Counted from the first letter of the whole stretch, positions 41,753-54,700 are shown. The stretch: 60,897 nucleotides of DNA, filler included, from 4 parts of 4 records of this genome joined end to end with filler, not necessarily neighbours in it, one strand, 5' to 3'. Notes: generated from the sequence alone by a model not told the origin. Numbers and translations are program-made.

Positions 41753-42585
41753 GCACATTTGATCAATTAGTAGCATTTGCAAAAGAAAACCCGATTTGGG
41801 CTGCACTTTACGCCTCATTATTTACTTGGGGATTAACAGCTTTAGGAGCAAGTTTAGTCTTCTTTTTTAAGAAAATGAATAGAGCAGTGTTAGATGGAAT
41901 GCTTGGTTTTACTGGAGGTGTAATGGTGGCGGCAAGTTTTTGGAGTTTATTAGCTCCTGCAATAGATAATAGTCCGGGAGAAGGATTTGTAAAAGTAATT
42001 CCATCTGCTATAGGTTTCGCCTTAGGAGCATTAGCATTGTTTGGAATGGATAAATTGTTGCCGCATTTACATATCAATTTTAAAGAGTCTGAAGCAGAAG
42101 GTGTAAAAACCGATTGGCATAAAACAACGTTGTTAACCTTAGCAATTACACTACATAATATTCCGGAAGGATTAGCAGTTGGAGTGTTATTTGGAGCGGC
42201 ATCTACTTTAGTAGGAGTTGAGCAAACAGAAATGATTATTGCAGCAATTTCTTTGGCAATCGGAATTGGTATTCAGAATTTTCCGGAAGGTTTTGCTGTA
42301 GCTATGCCATTAAGAAGGCAAGGTGTTAGTAGGTTTAAGAGCTTTTGGTTTGGACAATTGTCTGCAATAGTAGAACCTGTAGCTGCTGTTTTAGGAGCGG
42401 TTGCAGTATCTTTTTTTACGCCAATTTTACCTTATGCTTTAGCATTTGCAGCAGGAGCAATGATTTTTGTTGTTGTAGAAGAAGTAATTCCAGAAACACA
42501 AAGAGATAAATACACAGATATTGCAACATTAGGATTTATTGGTGGATTTATTGTAATGATGTCTTTAGATGTAGGATTAGGTTAG
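41749..42585 (+). CDS. ZIP (ZupT/GufA) family metal transporter
   Basis: LHNIPEGLAVG, IQNFPEG, AAGAMIFVV; multiple TMs. Confidence 0.93.
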   Translation: MSTFDQLVAFAKENPIWAALYASLFTWGLTALGASLVFFFKKMNRAVLDGMLGFTGGVMVAASFWSLLAPAIDNSPGEGFVKVIPSAIGFALGALALFGMDKLLPHLHINFKESEAEGVKTDWHKTTLLTLAITLHNIPEGLAVGVLFGAASTLVGVEQTEMIIAAISLAIGIGIQNFPEGFAVAMPLRRQGVSRFKSFWFGQLSAIVEPVAAVLGAVAVSFFTPILPYALAFAAGAMIFVVVEEVIPETQRDKYTDIATLGFIGGFIVMMSLDVGLG

Positions 42586-42609
42586 AAAACAATCTTAAAA
42601 TTAGATATT

Positions 42610-42638
42610 AAAGCCAAACATTTTTTGTTTGGCTTTTT
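42610..42638 (+). terminator. Intrinsic terminator after the ZIP gene
   Basis: AAAGCCAAACA / TGTTTGGCTTT hairpin plus U-tract. Confidence 0.65.
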
Positions 42639-42661
42639 GTATTTTGCACTAAAATAAAATT

Positions 42662-45600
42662 TTGCAAAACATTTCAACTTTTCAAGTTTATAATGCCTCA
42701 GCCGGTAGTGGAAAAACATTTACACTTGTAAAAGAATATTTAAAAGTAGTTTTAAGTTCTGATGATCGATTTAAGTTTCAAAGTATCTTAGCTATTACTT
42801 TTACAAATAAGGCCGCTGGCGAAATGAAAGAGAGAATTTTAGAAAATCTATACTCTTTTTCTTCAGGAAAAGGTAATGACTTATTTGAAATATTATTAGA
42901 AGAACTTAAAGAAAGCAGAGAATTAATTCAAAAAAGAAGTGCTATAATTTTAGATGCAATTCTTCAAAATTATAGTGCGTTTAGTATAACAACTATTGAT
43001 AGTTTTACACATAAAATTATTAAGAGTTTTGCATTTGACTTAGGATTGAATGTTAACTTTGAAGTAGAATTAGATTCAGATACTTTATTAAATCAAGCTG
43101 TAGATATTTTAATTTCAAAAATTGGTTTAGAAAATGATATAACTAAAACACTAATCGATTTTTCAATAGAGAAAGCTAAGGAAGATAAGTCTTGGGATAT
43201 TTCTAATGATTTAAATGATTTTGCTAAGATTTTATTAAATGATGAAGATGCAAAACATTTTAAAAAGCTAAGTTCAAAAACTATTGGAGATTTTTTAGCT
43301 TTAAAAACTAAGTTGATTAAAAATCAAAAAGAAATACTTGGGCAATTTAATATTATTTCAGAAGAAGGTTTAAGTATTATTGATTCGATGAACTTAAAGC
43401 ATAATGATTTTTATTATTCTTTAATACCAAAACATTTTATTTCTTTAAAAACACCCGAAAAATCAAGATTTTTTGATGAGTCAAAATTAAAACAACGCAT
43501 CGAAGAAAGAATGTTTTATGCAGCATCTAAATCAGAAGATGTAAAAGCTTCTATTGAAAATATATTGCCAGAATTGTTGAGGTTGTATGATCAGTCAGAA
43601 AAATTATATGAGCATTATACGTTAAATTCTTTGGTGTTAAAAAGCATTATTCCTTTAGCGGTATTAACAAAAATAAATGCAGAGCTTTCTGTGCTTAAAG
43701 AAGAAAATAATATTCGATTAATATCTGAATTTAATCAATTAATTTCAAATAACATTAAAGGGGAGCCTGCGCCATTTATTTATGAGCGAATTGGGCAAAA
43801 ATATATGCATTATTTTATTGATGAAATGCAAGATACTTCTGTATTGCAATGGCAAAATTTAATTCCTTTAATAGATAATGCATTGTCTCAAGAGCAAAGT
43901 AATTTGTTGCTTGTAGGAGATGGAAAACAAGCAATATATCGTTGGCGTGGTGGTAAGGCAGAACAATTTATAAAACTAGGCTCTAACAATCAAAAAGGGG
44001 TAAATTCAAATCCTTTTCAAGTCAATAAAGAAATTAAAGGTTTAGATGTTAACTATAGAAGTTACAGTGAAATAATTCAATTTAATAATAGTTTTTTTCA
44101 ATATGTTTCAGGTAGCTTTCAAAATCCCTTATACCAACAGCTATTTGTTGATGGAAATAAACAAGAGAGCACAAATAAGGTAGGCGGGTTTATTTCTATA
44201 GATTTTTTAGAAAAAGAGTTAGAAAAAGAATATAATGAAATAAAATATGCAAAGAAAGTTTTAGAAATCCTAAACAATTTAGATGTTGGTTTTGCTAGAA
44301 AAGATGTTTGTATATTGGTAAGAAAAAAGAAAGAAGGAGTTGCAATTGCCAATTATTTATCAGAAAACGGAGTGGAGATAGTTTCTTCTGAAACTCTTCT
44401 AATAAGTAACAGTAAGAAAGTTAATTTTATTATTGATTATTTACAGGTAATTCAACATCCTAATGATCAAGAAACCTGGCTAAATGTTATTTGTTTTCTA
44501 CATCAACATTTGAAGCTGAAAACTGAACTACATAGTTTTATTGCATCTTTTGAGATTGATAAAAACAACCTCTTTTTTGAAATGATTAGCAATTACGGAT
44601 TTAGCTTTGATAAAGAAAGATTTTTACAGTTACCTTTTTATGAAAAAGTAGAAGAAATTATTAGAAGCTTTCATTTAGCTAATAATTCTGATGCTTATTT
44701 ACAATTCTTTTTAGATACAGTATTTGAACAACAAAATAAAGGAGCAGATATTCAACTATTTTTAGACTTTTGGGAGCAGAAAAAAGACAAGTTAAGTATA
44801 GTTGCTCCAGAAGCAGAAAATGCTGTCCAAATAATGACAATTCATAAATCAAAAGGACTTGAGTTTCCCGTAGTAGTTTTTCCTTATAATATAGATATTT
44901 ATAATCAGATCAATCCGAAATCTTGGGTTTCAGATTTGTCAACAGATAATTTTAATGGCTTTAACGAGTTTTTAATAAATGCAACAAAGAATATTAAATA
45001 TGCTGGTAAAGCAGGAAGTAAAATATTTAATAACCAGCGAGAAGAGCTAGAGTTAGATAGTTTTAACTTGTTGTATGTTGCGCTAACTAGGTCGGTAGAA
45101 CAATTATATATTGTTACAGATAAAAGCGTATCTTCTAAAGGAGAGGTTAATTCAAATTTAACATCGGGTATTTTAATAAATTATTTAAAAGAAATTGGAG
45201 TTTGGAATGATGATAAATTAAACTATGTATTTGGTAACCATCAAAAAGTAAGTGAAAATAAGAATCACGTTTCAAACACAACAACTCAAAACTTATTTAT
45301 AAGTAATTCTTTACAACAACATAATATTAAAATGCTTGCAAGTTCTTCTTTGCTTTGGGAGACTAAACAGGGTAAAGCTATAGATTACGGAAACTTAATT
45401 CATAAAATGATGTCTTATGTTTTGACTGAAAAAGACGTTGAAACTGTATTGCAAGACGCTGTTAATAGAGGAGATGTTTCAAAATCAGAAATGGAACCGT
45501 TACAGAAAATGATATATAATATTGTTCAGCACCCAGAATTGAAAAGGTATTATAATACAAACATATTAGTATATAATGAAAGAGAAATTGCAACATTAAG

Positions 45601-45802
45601 TAATGAAATAATTATTCCAGATCGATTGGTTTTTATTTCAAAAACAGAAGTTGTAATAATTGATTATAAAACAGGTCTTAGTAATAAAAAGTACCATCAA
45701 CAATTGGAGCATTATAAAAATGTTATAGAATCTATGGGTTTAAAAGTTGTTAAAAAGATGCTTATTTATATAAACGATGAAATAATAATAGAGGAAATTT
45801 AA
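42662..45802 (+). CDS. UvrD-family helicase-nuclease (AddA-like)
   Basis: [54 protein letters not shown]-terminal PDR..IIDYKTG nuclease motif. Confidence 0.88.
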   Translation: MQNISTFQVYNASAGSGKTFTLVKEYLKVVLSSDDRFKFQSILAITFTNKAAGEMKERILENLYSFSSGKGNDLFEILLEELKESRELIQKRSAIILDAILQNYSAFSITTIDSFTHKIIKSFAFDLGLNVNFEVELDSDTLLNQAVDILISKIGLENDITKTLIDFSIEKAKEDKSWDISNDLNDFAKILLNDEDAKHFKKLSSKTIGDFLALKTKLIKNQKEILGQFNIISEEGLSIIDSMNLKHNDFYYSLIPKHFISLKTPEKSRFFDESKLKQRIEERMFYAASKSEDVKASIENILPELLRLYDQSEKLYEHYTLNSLVLKSIIPLAVLTKINAELSVLKEENNIRLISEFNQLISNNIKGEPAPFIYERIGQKYMHYFIDEMQDTSVLQWQNLIPLIDNALSQEQSNLLLVGDGKQAIYRWRGGKAEQFIKLGSNNQKGVNSNPFQVNKEIKGLDVNYRSYSEIIQFNNSFFQYVSGSFQNPLYQQLFVDGNKQESTNKVGGFISIDFLEKELEKEYNEIKYAKKVLEILNNLDVGFARKDVCILVRKKKEGVAIANYLSENGVEIVSSETLLISNSKKVNFIIDYLQVIQHPNDQETWLNVICFLHQHLKLKTELHSFIASFEIDKNNLFFEMISNYGFSFDKERFLQLPFYEKVEEIIRSFHLANNSDAYLQFFLDTVFEQQNKGADIQLFLDFWEQKKDKLSIVAPEAENAVQIMTIHKSKGLEFPVVVFPYNIDIYNQINPKSWVSDLSTDNFNGFNEFLINATKNIKYAGKAGSKIFNNQREELELDSFNLLYVALTRSVEQLYIVTDKSVSSKGEVNSNLTSGILINYLKEIGVWNDDKLNYVFGNHQKVSENKNHVSNTTTQNLFISNSLQQHNIKMLASSSLLWETKQGKAIDYGNLIHKMMSYVLTEKDVETVLQDAVNRGDVSKSEMEPLQKMIYNIVQHPELKRYYNTNILVYNEREIATLSNEIIIPDRLVFISKTEVVIIDYKTGLSNKKYHQQLEHYKNVIESMGLKVVKKMLIYINDEIIIEEI

Positions 45803-45833
45803 ATTATATTTGCCTTTTAAAACAATACAAAAA

Positions 45834-47027
45834 ATGTACGGAAATATAAAAGAACAATTAGATAAAGAACTGCAAGAAATTAAAGATGCCGGACTTTATA
45901 AATCAGAAAGAATAATAACTTCATCTCAAGATGCTGTCATAAAGATTTCTACAGGAGAAGAAGTAATTAATTTTTGTGCAAACAATTACTTGGGATTGTC
46001 AAATGACCCAAAAGTAATTCAAGCTGCAAAAGATACAATGGACACGCATGGTTTTGGAATGTCTTCTGTTCGTTTTATTTGTGGTACACAAGATATTCAT
46101 AAACAACTTGAAGCAATAGTTGCTGAGTTTTATAAAACTGAAGACACCATTTTATATGCTGCTGCATTTGATGCAAATGGAGGGGTTTTTGAGCCTCTAT
46201 TAACCAAAGAAGATGCAATTATTTCTGATAGTTTAAATCATGCATCAATTATTGATGGTGTTCGTTTGTGCAAAGCTGCTCGTTATCGTTATGAAAATAA
46301 TAATATGGAGGCGCTAGAAGAGCAATTAATAGAGGCAAATAAACAAAATCATCGTTTTAAAATTATTGTTACAGACGGGGTTTTCTCAATGGATGGAATT
46401 GTGGCGAAATTAGATGAGATTTGTGATTTAGCAGATAAATATGATGCAATGGTGATGGTAGATGAATGTCACGCTGCAGGATTTATAGGTGAAACTGGAA
46501 GAGGAACCGTTGAATTGAAAAATGTAATGGAACGAGTTGATATTGTTACAGGAACCTTTGGTAAAGCTTTAGGTGGAGCTATGGGAGGTTATACTACAGG
46601 GAAAAAAGAAATTATAGAAATATTACGTCAGCGATCTAGACCTTATTTGTTTTCAAATTCTTTAGCACCCGCAATAGTTGGAGCGTCTCTAAAGGTTTTT
46701 GAAATGATTTCTAATGACACTTCATTAAGAGATAAATTGGAATGGAATACAAACTACTTTAGATCCGAAATGGAAAAAGCAGGTTTTGATTTAGTTGGTG
46801 CAGATGCTGCGATTGTTCCTGTAATGTTGTATGATGCTAAACTTTCTCAAACAATGGCAAATATGTTGTTAGAAGAAGGTATTTATGTAATTGGGTTTTT
46901 CTTTCCTGTTGTTCCTAGAGAAAAGGCAAGAATAAGAGTGCAGCTTTCTGCTGCTCACAATAAAGAGCATTTAGACATGGCTATTAAAGCATTTACAAAG
47001 GTGGGGAAAAGCCTTGGTGTTATTTAA
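45834..47027 (+). CDS. kbl: Glycine C-acetyltransferase (2-amino-3-ketobutyrate CoA ligase)
   Basis: [46 protein letters not shown] promoter element at 45805-45812 supports ATG 45834. Confidence 0.94.
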   Translation: MYGNIKEQLDKELQEIKDAGLYKSERIITSSQDAVIKISTGEEVINFCANNYLGLSNDPKVIQAAKDTMDTHGFGMSSVRFICGTQDIHKQLEAIVAEFYKTEDTILYAAAFDANGGVFEPLLTKEDAIISDSLNHASIIDGVRLCKAARYRYENNNMEALEEQLIEANKQNHRFKIIVTDGVFSMDGIVAKLDEICDLADKYDAMVMVDECHAAGFIGETGRGTVELKNVMERVDIVTGTFGKALGGAMGGYTTGKKEIIEILRQRSRPYLFSNSLAPAIVGASLKVFEMISNDTSLRDKLEWNTNYFRSEMEKAGFDLVGADAAIVPVMLYDAKLSQTMANMLLEEGIYVIGFFFPVVPREKARIRVQLSAAHNKEHLDMAIKAFTKVGKSLGVI

Positions 47028-47141
47028 AACAAAGAAATTTCAGTTAAAATAAACACAATTTTTTTTAAAAAATCTTTGTAAATACGTTTTATCCACTTAC
47101 ATTTGTGGTTAATAAAGAACTTTTAATTTAAAAATTTGATA

Positions 47142-48518
47142 ATGAAACGATTAAAAATAGCTGTGATAGCTTTGTTTGCGTTGGTAACAGTTGCTAACGT
47201 TAACGCACAAGATTCAAACAACCCATGGGCTGTAAGTTTTGGTTTAAATACTGTAGACTTTTATGCTAACGGAGCTAGCTTTGGAGACAATGTAAAAGAT
47301 TTATTAGGAAATGGAGACTGGAATGTTTTACCTTCTATTTCTAGAATTTCTGTAGAAAAGTATTTAGAAAAAGGGTTTACCTTACAGTTAGCAGGGTCTT
47401 TAAATAAAATTGAAGATATGAGTAATGGTATGAACGTAGATTATTTTTACTATTCTATTGATGCTGCTGTTAAATATGACTTAAACATTTTGGTAGAAAA
47501 AGTGTTTAATTCTTCAACTCAATACTTTGATCCTTTTGTTTATTTAGGAGGAAGTTATGTTTCTTTAGATGGTAACGGAGAAGGAATGTTAAATGTTGGT
47601 GTTGGTTTTAATACTTGGTTTAATGATAACTTAGGTCTTACTTTCCAAACAGGAACTAAGAAAGGTTTTTCTGATACAGTAAAAGCACACTACCAATCTT
47701 CTTTAGGTTTAGTATTTAAATTTGGAGGAAAAGATACAGATGGAGACGGAGTATATGATAAAGATGATGCTTGTCCAGATGTTGCTGGTTTAGTAGCGTT
47801 TAATGGATGTCCTGATTCTGATGGAGATGGAATCCAAGATTCTAAAGATGCGTGTCCTAATGTTGCTGGTTTAGCTGCATTAAATGGATGTCCTGATGCA
47901 GATGCAGATGGAATTGCTGATAAAGATGATATGTGTCCAAATGAAAAAGGATCTGCTGCAAACAGAGGTTGTCCAGATTCTGACGGAGATGGTGTTGTAA
48001 ATAAAGATGACAAATGTCCAAATGTTGCAGGACCTTCTGCTAACGGTGGATGCCCTTGGCCTGATACTGATGGTGATGGTGTTTTAGATAAAGATGATAA
48101 CTGTGTAAATGAGGCTGGACCTGCATCAAACAATGGATGTCCTGAGCCAGTAATTACTGAAGCAGCTGTTAAAACTATTAACATGGGAGCTAAGTCAATC
48201 TTATTCAACTCAGGAAGATCTTCTTTCAAGGCTGGTGTTACTAAAGATTTAGATGCTATCGTTGCAATCATGAATGAATTCCCAAAAGCAACTTTTGCTA
48301 TTGGAGGTCATACAGATAGTACTGGAAGTGCTAAAGTAAATGCTAAATTATCTCAAAAGAGAGCTGATGCAGTTATGAACTACTTTACTAAAAAAGGAGT
48401 TGATGCTTCAAGATTATCTTCAAAAGGATATGGTTCTGCAAATCCAATCGATTCTAATAAAACTAGAGCTGGAAGAGCAAACAACAGAAGAGTAGAGATC
48501 AAAGTTTCAAATAACTAA
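47142..48518 (+). CDS. OmpA-family protein with five thrombospondin type-3-like repeats
   Basis: Signal peptide, N-terminal barrel, five DxDxDG..DxC repeats, GHTDS..LSQKRA, NRRVEI; TACATTTG promoter element at 47098-47105. Confidence 0.92.
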   Translation: MKRLKIAVIALFALVTVANVNAQDSNNPWAVSFGLNTVDFYANGASFGDNVKDLLGNGDWNVLPSISRISVEKYLEKGFTLQLAGSLNKIEDMSNGMNVDYFYYSIDAAVKYDLNILVEKVFNSSTQYFDPFVYLGGSYVSLDGNGEGMLNVGVGFNTWFNDNLGLTFQTGTKKGFSDTVKAHYQSSLGLVFKFGGKDTDGDGVYDKDDACPDVAGLVAFNGCPDSDGDGIQDSKDACPNVAGLAALNGCPDADADGIADKDDMCPNEKGSAANRGCPDSDGDGVVNKDDKCPNVAGPSANGGCPWPDTDGDGVLDKDDNCVNEAGPASNNGCPEPVITEAAVKTINMGAKSILFNSGRSSFKAGVTKDLDAIVAIMNEFPKATFAIGGHTDSTGSAKVNAKLSQKRADAVMNYFTKKGVDASRLSSKGYGSANPIDSNKTRAGRANNRRVEIKVSNN

Positions 48519-48539
48519 GATTTTTTTCAAATAATATTT

Positions 48540-48571
48540 AAAAGCCTTACACATTGTGTAAGGCTTTTTTT
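48540..48571 (+). terminator. Intrinsic terminator after ompA
   Basis: AAAAGCCTTACACA-T-TGTGTAAGGCTTTTTT. Confidence 0.8.
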
Positions 48572-48674
48572 ATTGAAAAAAAGTCAAAAAGCCTTTTTAA
48601 TTATCATTAAATAAATTACCTTTGCACCCTGAAAAAGCGGGGTAAAACCCACAAAATAAAATAACTAACATTAA

Positions 48675-50104
<1,430 letters not shown>

Positions 50105-50204
50105 NNNNNNNNNNNNNNNNNNNNNNNNNNNNNNNNNNNNNNNNNNNNTTAATTAATTAANNNNNNNNNNNNNNNNNNNNNNNNNNNNNNNNNNNNNNNN
50201 NNNN
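50105..50204. other. Artificial contig spacer
   Basis: N-run, TTAATTAATTAA (50149-50160), N-run. Confidence 0.98.
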
Positions 50205-50230
50205 CTGCATCTTGAGGTGGTTTGGGTATA
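50205..50230. repeat. Terminal fragment of an ERIC-like dispersed repeat
   Basis: Reverse complement TATACCCAAACCACCTCAAGATGCAG resembles ERIC termini (TATACCCAAA...TGCAG); sits exactly at the contig break. Confidence 0.6.
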
Positions 50231-50340
50231 TAAAAGAAACACTCCCCTTTTCTCACTTGCCCGTGATTTATCTCAAATTGTTTTTTTATCGCAGCTCTTC
50301 AGGCATGTTATAAATCAACTAGCCTAAAAATAAAACAATT

Positions 50341-51684
50341 ATGCGCCTTACTAAACAACTCATGCTTTGCGTAAGCTTACTTACCACACTTATGTTAAGT
50401 CCCTTATCTAAGGGGAATGACGTGCCGACTATTTTATCAATGAAAGAACGCGCTGCGTTTATCGATAACATTACCGAGCTCAGGGTTAACACGTTAATGC
50501 CCAGCCTAATGAAGCAACACAACATTGATATGTGGCTGCTTATTAGCCGTGAATACAACGAAGACCCGATACTAAAAACCATGCTGCCTGCAACATGGTT
50601 ATCAGCAAGGCGCACTACCATTTTGCTGTTTGCCCGAAATAAGCAAGGCGGTGTTGATGCCTACGCTATCGCCCCTTATAAAATAGGTAATGTATTTACA
50701 AAGGGCTGGGATAAAAAAACGCAGCCAAACCAGTGGCAAGCACTTAATGACATCATTGAACGCTACAAGCCAAGTAACATCGCACTAAATACCTCTAGCG
50801 ATTGGGGCCATGCGGATGGTTTAGTGCTTGGTGATTACAATACCTTAATGGCCAACTTACCAAGTGCTTATAAAAATAAAATAATATCAGCCGAGCCGCT
50901 GGCTGTTGCTTGGTTAGAGCAGCGTATTCCTCAAGAAGTAGAAATGTACAAACACATAGTCGCGATTGCACATGCGATTATTGCTGAAGGCTTTTCCAAC
51001 AAAGTTATTACGGTAGGCAAAACAACCAGCGACGATTTAGTCTGGTGGTTTAGAGAACGCGTAAAAGACCTTAAACTACAAACATGGTTTCACCCCAGTA
51101 TTGCAATACAACGCGCCGACAGTAAATCATTCGATCACGAAGACAGCTTTACCAATGGCTATGCCGATAATGTGATTCAAGCAGGTGATTTACTGCATGT
51201 CGATTTTGGTATTACGTATTTGCGCTTAAACACCGACACACAACAACATGCCTATGTGTTAAAACCTAACGAAACACAAGCCCCCGACTACCTTGTCGAT
51301 GCGTTAAAAAAAGGCAATAAACTACAAGATATTTTTACCGCTGAATTTAACGAAGGGAGAACAGGTAACCAAGTATTAAAAGCCGCCCGCGAAAAAGCCA
51401 TTGCACAGGGCTTAAAGCCAACTATTTATACGCATCCGCTTGGCTATCATGGCCACGCAGCTGGCACTACATTAGGTATGTGGGATTCACAACAAGGCGT
51501 GCCGGGGGATGGTGATTATCCACTGCATTTAAACACCGCTTATTCAATTGAACTTAACAATGCGGTGTTTATCAAACCGTGGCATAAAGAAATTAGAATT
51601 ATGCTAGAAGAAGACGCTATTTTCGATAAAACCGGCGTGTGGTATTTAAATGGTCGACAAACCGAATTACTGCTTGTCGATTAA
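50341..51684 (+). CDS. Secreted M24 family (Xaa-Pro aminopeptidase-like) metallopeptidase
   Basis: Signal peptide, GDLLHVDFG, NTDTQ, THPLGYHGH, YSIE, MLEED metal ligands. Confidence 0.87.
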   Translation: MRLTKQLMLCVSLLTTLMLSPLSKGNDVPTILSMKERAAFIDNITELRVNTLMPSLMKQHNIDMWLLISREYNEDPILKTMLPATWLSARRTTILLFARNKQGGVDAYAIAPYKIGNVFTKGWDKKTQPNQWQALNDIIERYKPSNIALNTSSDWGHADGLVLGDYNTLMANLPSAYKNKIISAEPLAVAWLEQRIPQEVEMYKHIVAIAHAIIAEGFSNKVITVGKTTSDDLVWWFRERVKDLKLQTWFHPSIAIQRADSKSFDHEDSFTNGYADNVIQAGDLLHVDFGITYLRLNTDTQQHAYVLKPNETQAPDYLVDALKKGNKLQDIFTAEFNEGRTGNQVLKAAREKAIAQGLKPTIYTHPLGYHGHAAGTTLGMWDSQQGVPGDGDYPLHLNTAYSIELNNAVFIKPWHKEIRIMLEEDAIFDKTGVWYLNGRQTELLLVD

Positions 51685-51788
51685 GAACGCTTTTAGCCGT
51701 TGATAGTTAGGTCTTTTTAAAGCAAAAGCTACAAAAAAACCTGACATTCCTTTCACTTAATCTAGTTAATGGAGAGAGAAAACGTACG

Positions 51789-52082
51789 TTATGCGTTAAA
51801 CGTGTACTCACGTTTTATTTCTACCACTTGCACACTGTATGACTCATACCACTTAGAACGGCCAACGCCTTGGGCAAGCGCATGTTCTGGATCACGTTTC
51901 CAATTTTTGATTGCTTCTTCACTTTCCCAGTACGAAATTGCAATTTCTTGATCGCCCTCTGTCACAGCAACAAAATCCAAACAGCCGTACTTTTCAAATG
52001 CAAGCTCTCTCATTTTTGTGACTGTTTTACCGTATTCATCATCTTGAATTCCCGGTTTTGCCCTAAATATGACTGCGAACAT
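51789..52082 (-). CDS. Antibiotic-biosynthesis-monooxygenase (ABM) family protein
   Basis: MFAVIF, ISYWESEEAIKNWK..PEH..AQ..GR.KWY; AAGGAG RBS. Confidence 0.85.
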   Translation of the reverse strand: MFAVIFRAKPGIQDDEYGKTVTKMRELAFEKYGCLDFVAVTEGDQEIAISYWESEEAIKNWKRDPEHALAQGVGRSKWYESYSVQVVEIKREYTFNA

Positions 52083-52141
52083 AGATACTCCTTAGTTGTA
52101 TTCACTGTGACTGGTGTTTGCCTTAACGAGTAGGCTTAAGT

Positions 52142-52179
52142 AAAAAAAGCCAGTGCGCAAATTTTCACGTACTGGCTTT
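52142..52179 (-). terminator. Intrinsic terminator after the S9 peptidase
   Basis: AAAGCCAGT..ACTGGCTTT hairpin followed by a U-tract on the minus strand. Confidence 0.6.
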
Positions 52180-52195
52180 ATTTATCACTGTTTAG

Positions 52196-54097
52196 TTAAA
52201 GGGTCTCATTTAACCACTTAAAGAATTCACGTTGCCATACAATCCCGTTTTGCGGTGTCAGCACCCAGTGGTTTTCTTCAGGGAAGTATAAAAAGCGGCT
52301 CTGCAAACCACGTAATTTTGCAGCCTGAAAAGCGGCAATACCTTGCTCTAGCGGTACGCGGTAATCTTTACCACCGTGAATCACAAACATCGGGGCATCC
52401 CACTTATCTACATAGCTTATTGGGTTAAACTGACCGTATGATTTTTTAGTCGCGGCATTTTCTTCCCAGTAAGCGCCACCTAATTCGTTATTTACAAAAA
52501 ATAACTCTTCAGTTGTGCCGTACATGCTACGTAAATCAAAGATTCCACAGTGGGCAATAAAGGTTTTAAAGCGGCCATCGTGATTACCTGCTAAATAAAA
52601 TGCAGAGTAACCGCCATAACTTGCGCCAATTGCACCAATACGTGAGGTATCAACATAGGATTCTTTTGCTACATCATCAATAGCATCAAGGTAATCTTGC
52701 ATTACCTTACCACCCCAATCTTGGCTTATGTCTTCATTCCATTTAACACCATGACCTGGCATACCACGGCGGTTAGGTGCCACCACAATATAGCCTTGCG
52801 AGGCCATTACTTGGAAGTTCCAACGAAAAGAGTAAAACTGCGACAGTGCAGACTGAGGACCGCCTTGTAAATACAATAAGGTTGGGTACTTTTTGCTTTT
52901 ATCGAAATTAGGCGGGTAGATAACCCACGTTAACATGTCTTGACCGTCTTTAGTTTTTACCATACGTTTTTCAACATTCGGCAAATCAAGGTTGCCATAA
53001 AACGCGTTGTTCTCTTTGGTCAATGCAACCAGTTTTTTGCTCTTTAAATCAAGTCGGTAAATTTCTCTTGCGGCATTCATGCTGTTACGCGTAACCACTA
53101 ATTGATTACCTAACACCGCAACAATGCTGTTTACATCAAACTGGCCATTAGTCAGCTGTTTTATTTTAGGTTTGGCTTTGGTTTTCGTATTTACAGAGAC
53201 TTGAAATAGCTGAATAGTGCCATCAGTTGGCGCCACAAAATAAATATGCTTACCGTCATTGCTCCATTTAAAGCTGTTTACTGTGCCATCCCAGTGCGCT
53301 GTTAAGTTAAATTCACGGTTTTTAACTTTAACAATGATATCGTTCTTATCCGCTTCATTGCCTGGCTCATCCATTTGCAACCACGCTAAATGACCCTTTG
53401 GCGAGAACGCGGGATATTTATCATAGCCTAAATTACTTTGTGTGATGTTAGTGGTCTTTTTGCTCGCAAGGTTATAACGATAAATATCGGTATTGGTGCT
53501 TTTTACATACTCAGTGCCTGCGAACTTTTTGCTCACATAATAAATATTTTCACCTTTTGGGCCCCAGGTATAATCAGCAGCCCCACCAAATGGTGACGTT
53601 GGGCTGTCGAACGCCATACCCTTCATGATGTCGACTTTTTCTTCGCTTTTTAAATCTTGATAAAATACATGCTTAAAGCTGCCGTCTTTCCATGTATCCC
53701 AGTGGCGATAGTTTAAATCATCAAACACATACGCATTTGCCTGACCAAGTTCTTTATATCTATCTGATGCTAATACGTTTTCTAGTTTCACTTTTTCATG
53801 AAACAGTTTTTTACTGCCATCAGGCGAGATACTGCGATCAATCAAAAGGCCTTGGTAGGCTTCTAATAACTGAGATTCACCGCCTTTAAGTGGCACTTGG
53901 TATACTTTGCTATTGAAGTCGTTGTTTTCAACACTTGGCGTGGTTACTTTATAAATCACATGGGTTTTGTCTTGATTTAAACCCAACGCACTGACGCGCT
54001 TTACTTGCCAAAGCTTTTCTGGGGTCATTACATCGCTGGCATATGCGCCCATACTGACCGCTAATCCCAAGCTTACAGATAACACTGTTCGCAACAT
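52196..54097 (-). CDS. Secreted S9 family (prolyl oligopeptidase / dipeptidyl peptidase) serine peptidase
   Basis: Signal peptide, GGPQ, GASYGG nucleophile, DYRVP, ENHW. Confidence 0.92.
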   Translation of the reverse strand: MLRTVLSVSLGLAVSMGAYASDVMTPEKLWQVKRVSALGLNQDKTHVIYKVTTPSVENNDFNSKVYQVPLKGGESQLLEAYQGLLIDRSISPDGSKKLFHEKVKLENVLASDRYKELGQANAYVFDDLNYRHWDTWKDGSFKHVFYQDLKSEEKVDIMKGMAFDSPTSPFGGAADYTWGPKGENIYYVSKKFAGTEYVKSTNTDIYRYNLASKKTTNITQSNLGYDKYPAFSPKGHLAWLQMDEPGNEADKNDIIVKVKNREFNLTAHWDGTVNSFKWSNDGKHIYFVAPTDGTIQLFQVSVNTKTKAKPKIKQLTNGQFDVNSIVAVLGNQLVVTRNSMNAAREIYRLDLKSKKLVALTKENNAFYGNLDLPNVEKRMVKTKDGQDMLTWVIYPPNFDKSKKYPTLLYLQGGPQSALSQFYSFRWNFQVMASQGYIVVAPNRRGMPGHGVKWNEDISQDWGGKVMQDYLDAIDDVAKESYVDTSRIGAIGASYGGYSAFYLAGNHDGRFKTFIAHCGIFDLRSMYGTTEELFFVNNELGGAYWEENAATKKSYGQFNPISYVDKWDAPMFVIHGGKDYRVPLEQGIAAFQAAKLRGLQSRFLYFPEENHWVLTPQNGIVWQREFFKWLNETL

Positions 54098-54186
54098 GGC
54101 GAAACTCCTTTAAAAATTAGACTCGATTATGCTACATAAAATAGGCACAAGTTAAAAGAAAGTAGCGATTAACTGACTCCCTCTTT

Positions 54187-54567
54187 TTATAACCCCCAAA
54201 CTTGGGATGCTGACAGCGCTATAGACAAAACCAGTCCTATAAAAGCCAAGAAATTAAAAAGCTTCCAATGTCCTTTGTGTTTTTTCAAAACTTGATAGAA
54301 AGTAAAAATCAAACCTGCAATAGAAGCCAATACCAGCAATAACGAGTTTTGCATTAACGGTGACCATATAACATTTCCAGCACCGATATGATGATTTAAA
54401 AAAGCGGCAAACCACAATAACAGTAGAGCGATAAATATAAGATAGTACTCTTTCAGCCCAAACCGGCTTTGAGAAGCGCCACAAAACGGGCAAAAATAAG
54501 CGGCAGATTTACCTGAACCGACTAATTTAGGTACGATTTTGCTTTTACACTTTTTACATGTAGTCAT
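54187..54567 (-). CDS. Small membrane protein with N-terminal zinc ribbon
   Basis: CKKC...CPFC followed by three hydrophobic segments; start uncertain (54567 or 54576). Confidence 0.55.
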   Translation of the reverse strand: MTTCKKCKSKIVPKLVGSGKSAAYFCPFCGASQSRFGLKEYYLIFIALLLLWFAAFLNHHIGAGNVIWSPLMQNSLLLVLASIAGLIFTFYQVLKKHKGHWKLFNFLAFIGLVLSIALSASQVWGL

Positions 54568-54700
54568 AATGCACACTATTTTTTGGCGGTATTTGCTAAA
54601 CTAAGCAAAAACTAACCGTTGCCTCGTTAATCTGCGCAATAGGCAAGCCAACTGTTAGTTTTTATTTTTTCCCCAGAAAATAGGCGCCATCTACCTTTAA

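Noticed and set aside
42662-45802. Helicase-nuclease as a possible anti-phage defence gene
   Set aside because: Looks like the housekeeping Bacteroidota AddA-type enzyme among core genes (kbl, ompA, atpD); no defence-island context
47730-48145. Repetitive GATGGAGATGG/TGTCC DNA in ompA and the antisense ORF 47690-48271
   Set aside because: Explained by ordinary thrombospondin type-3-like Ca-binding repeats common in Flavobacteriaceae OmpA proteins
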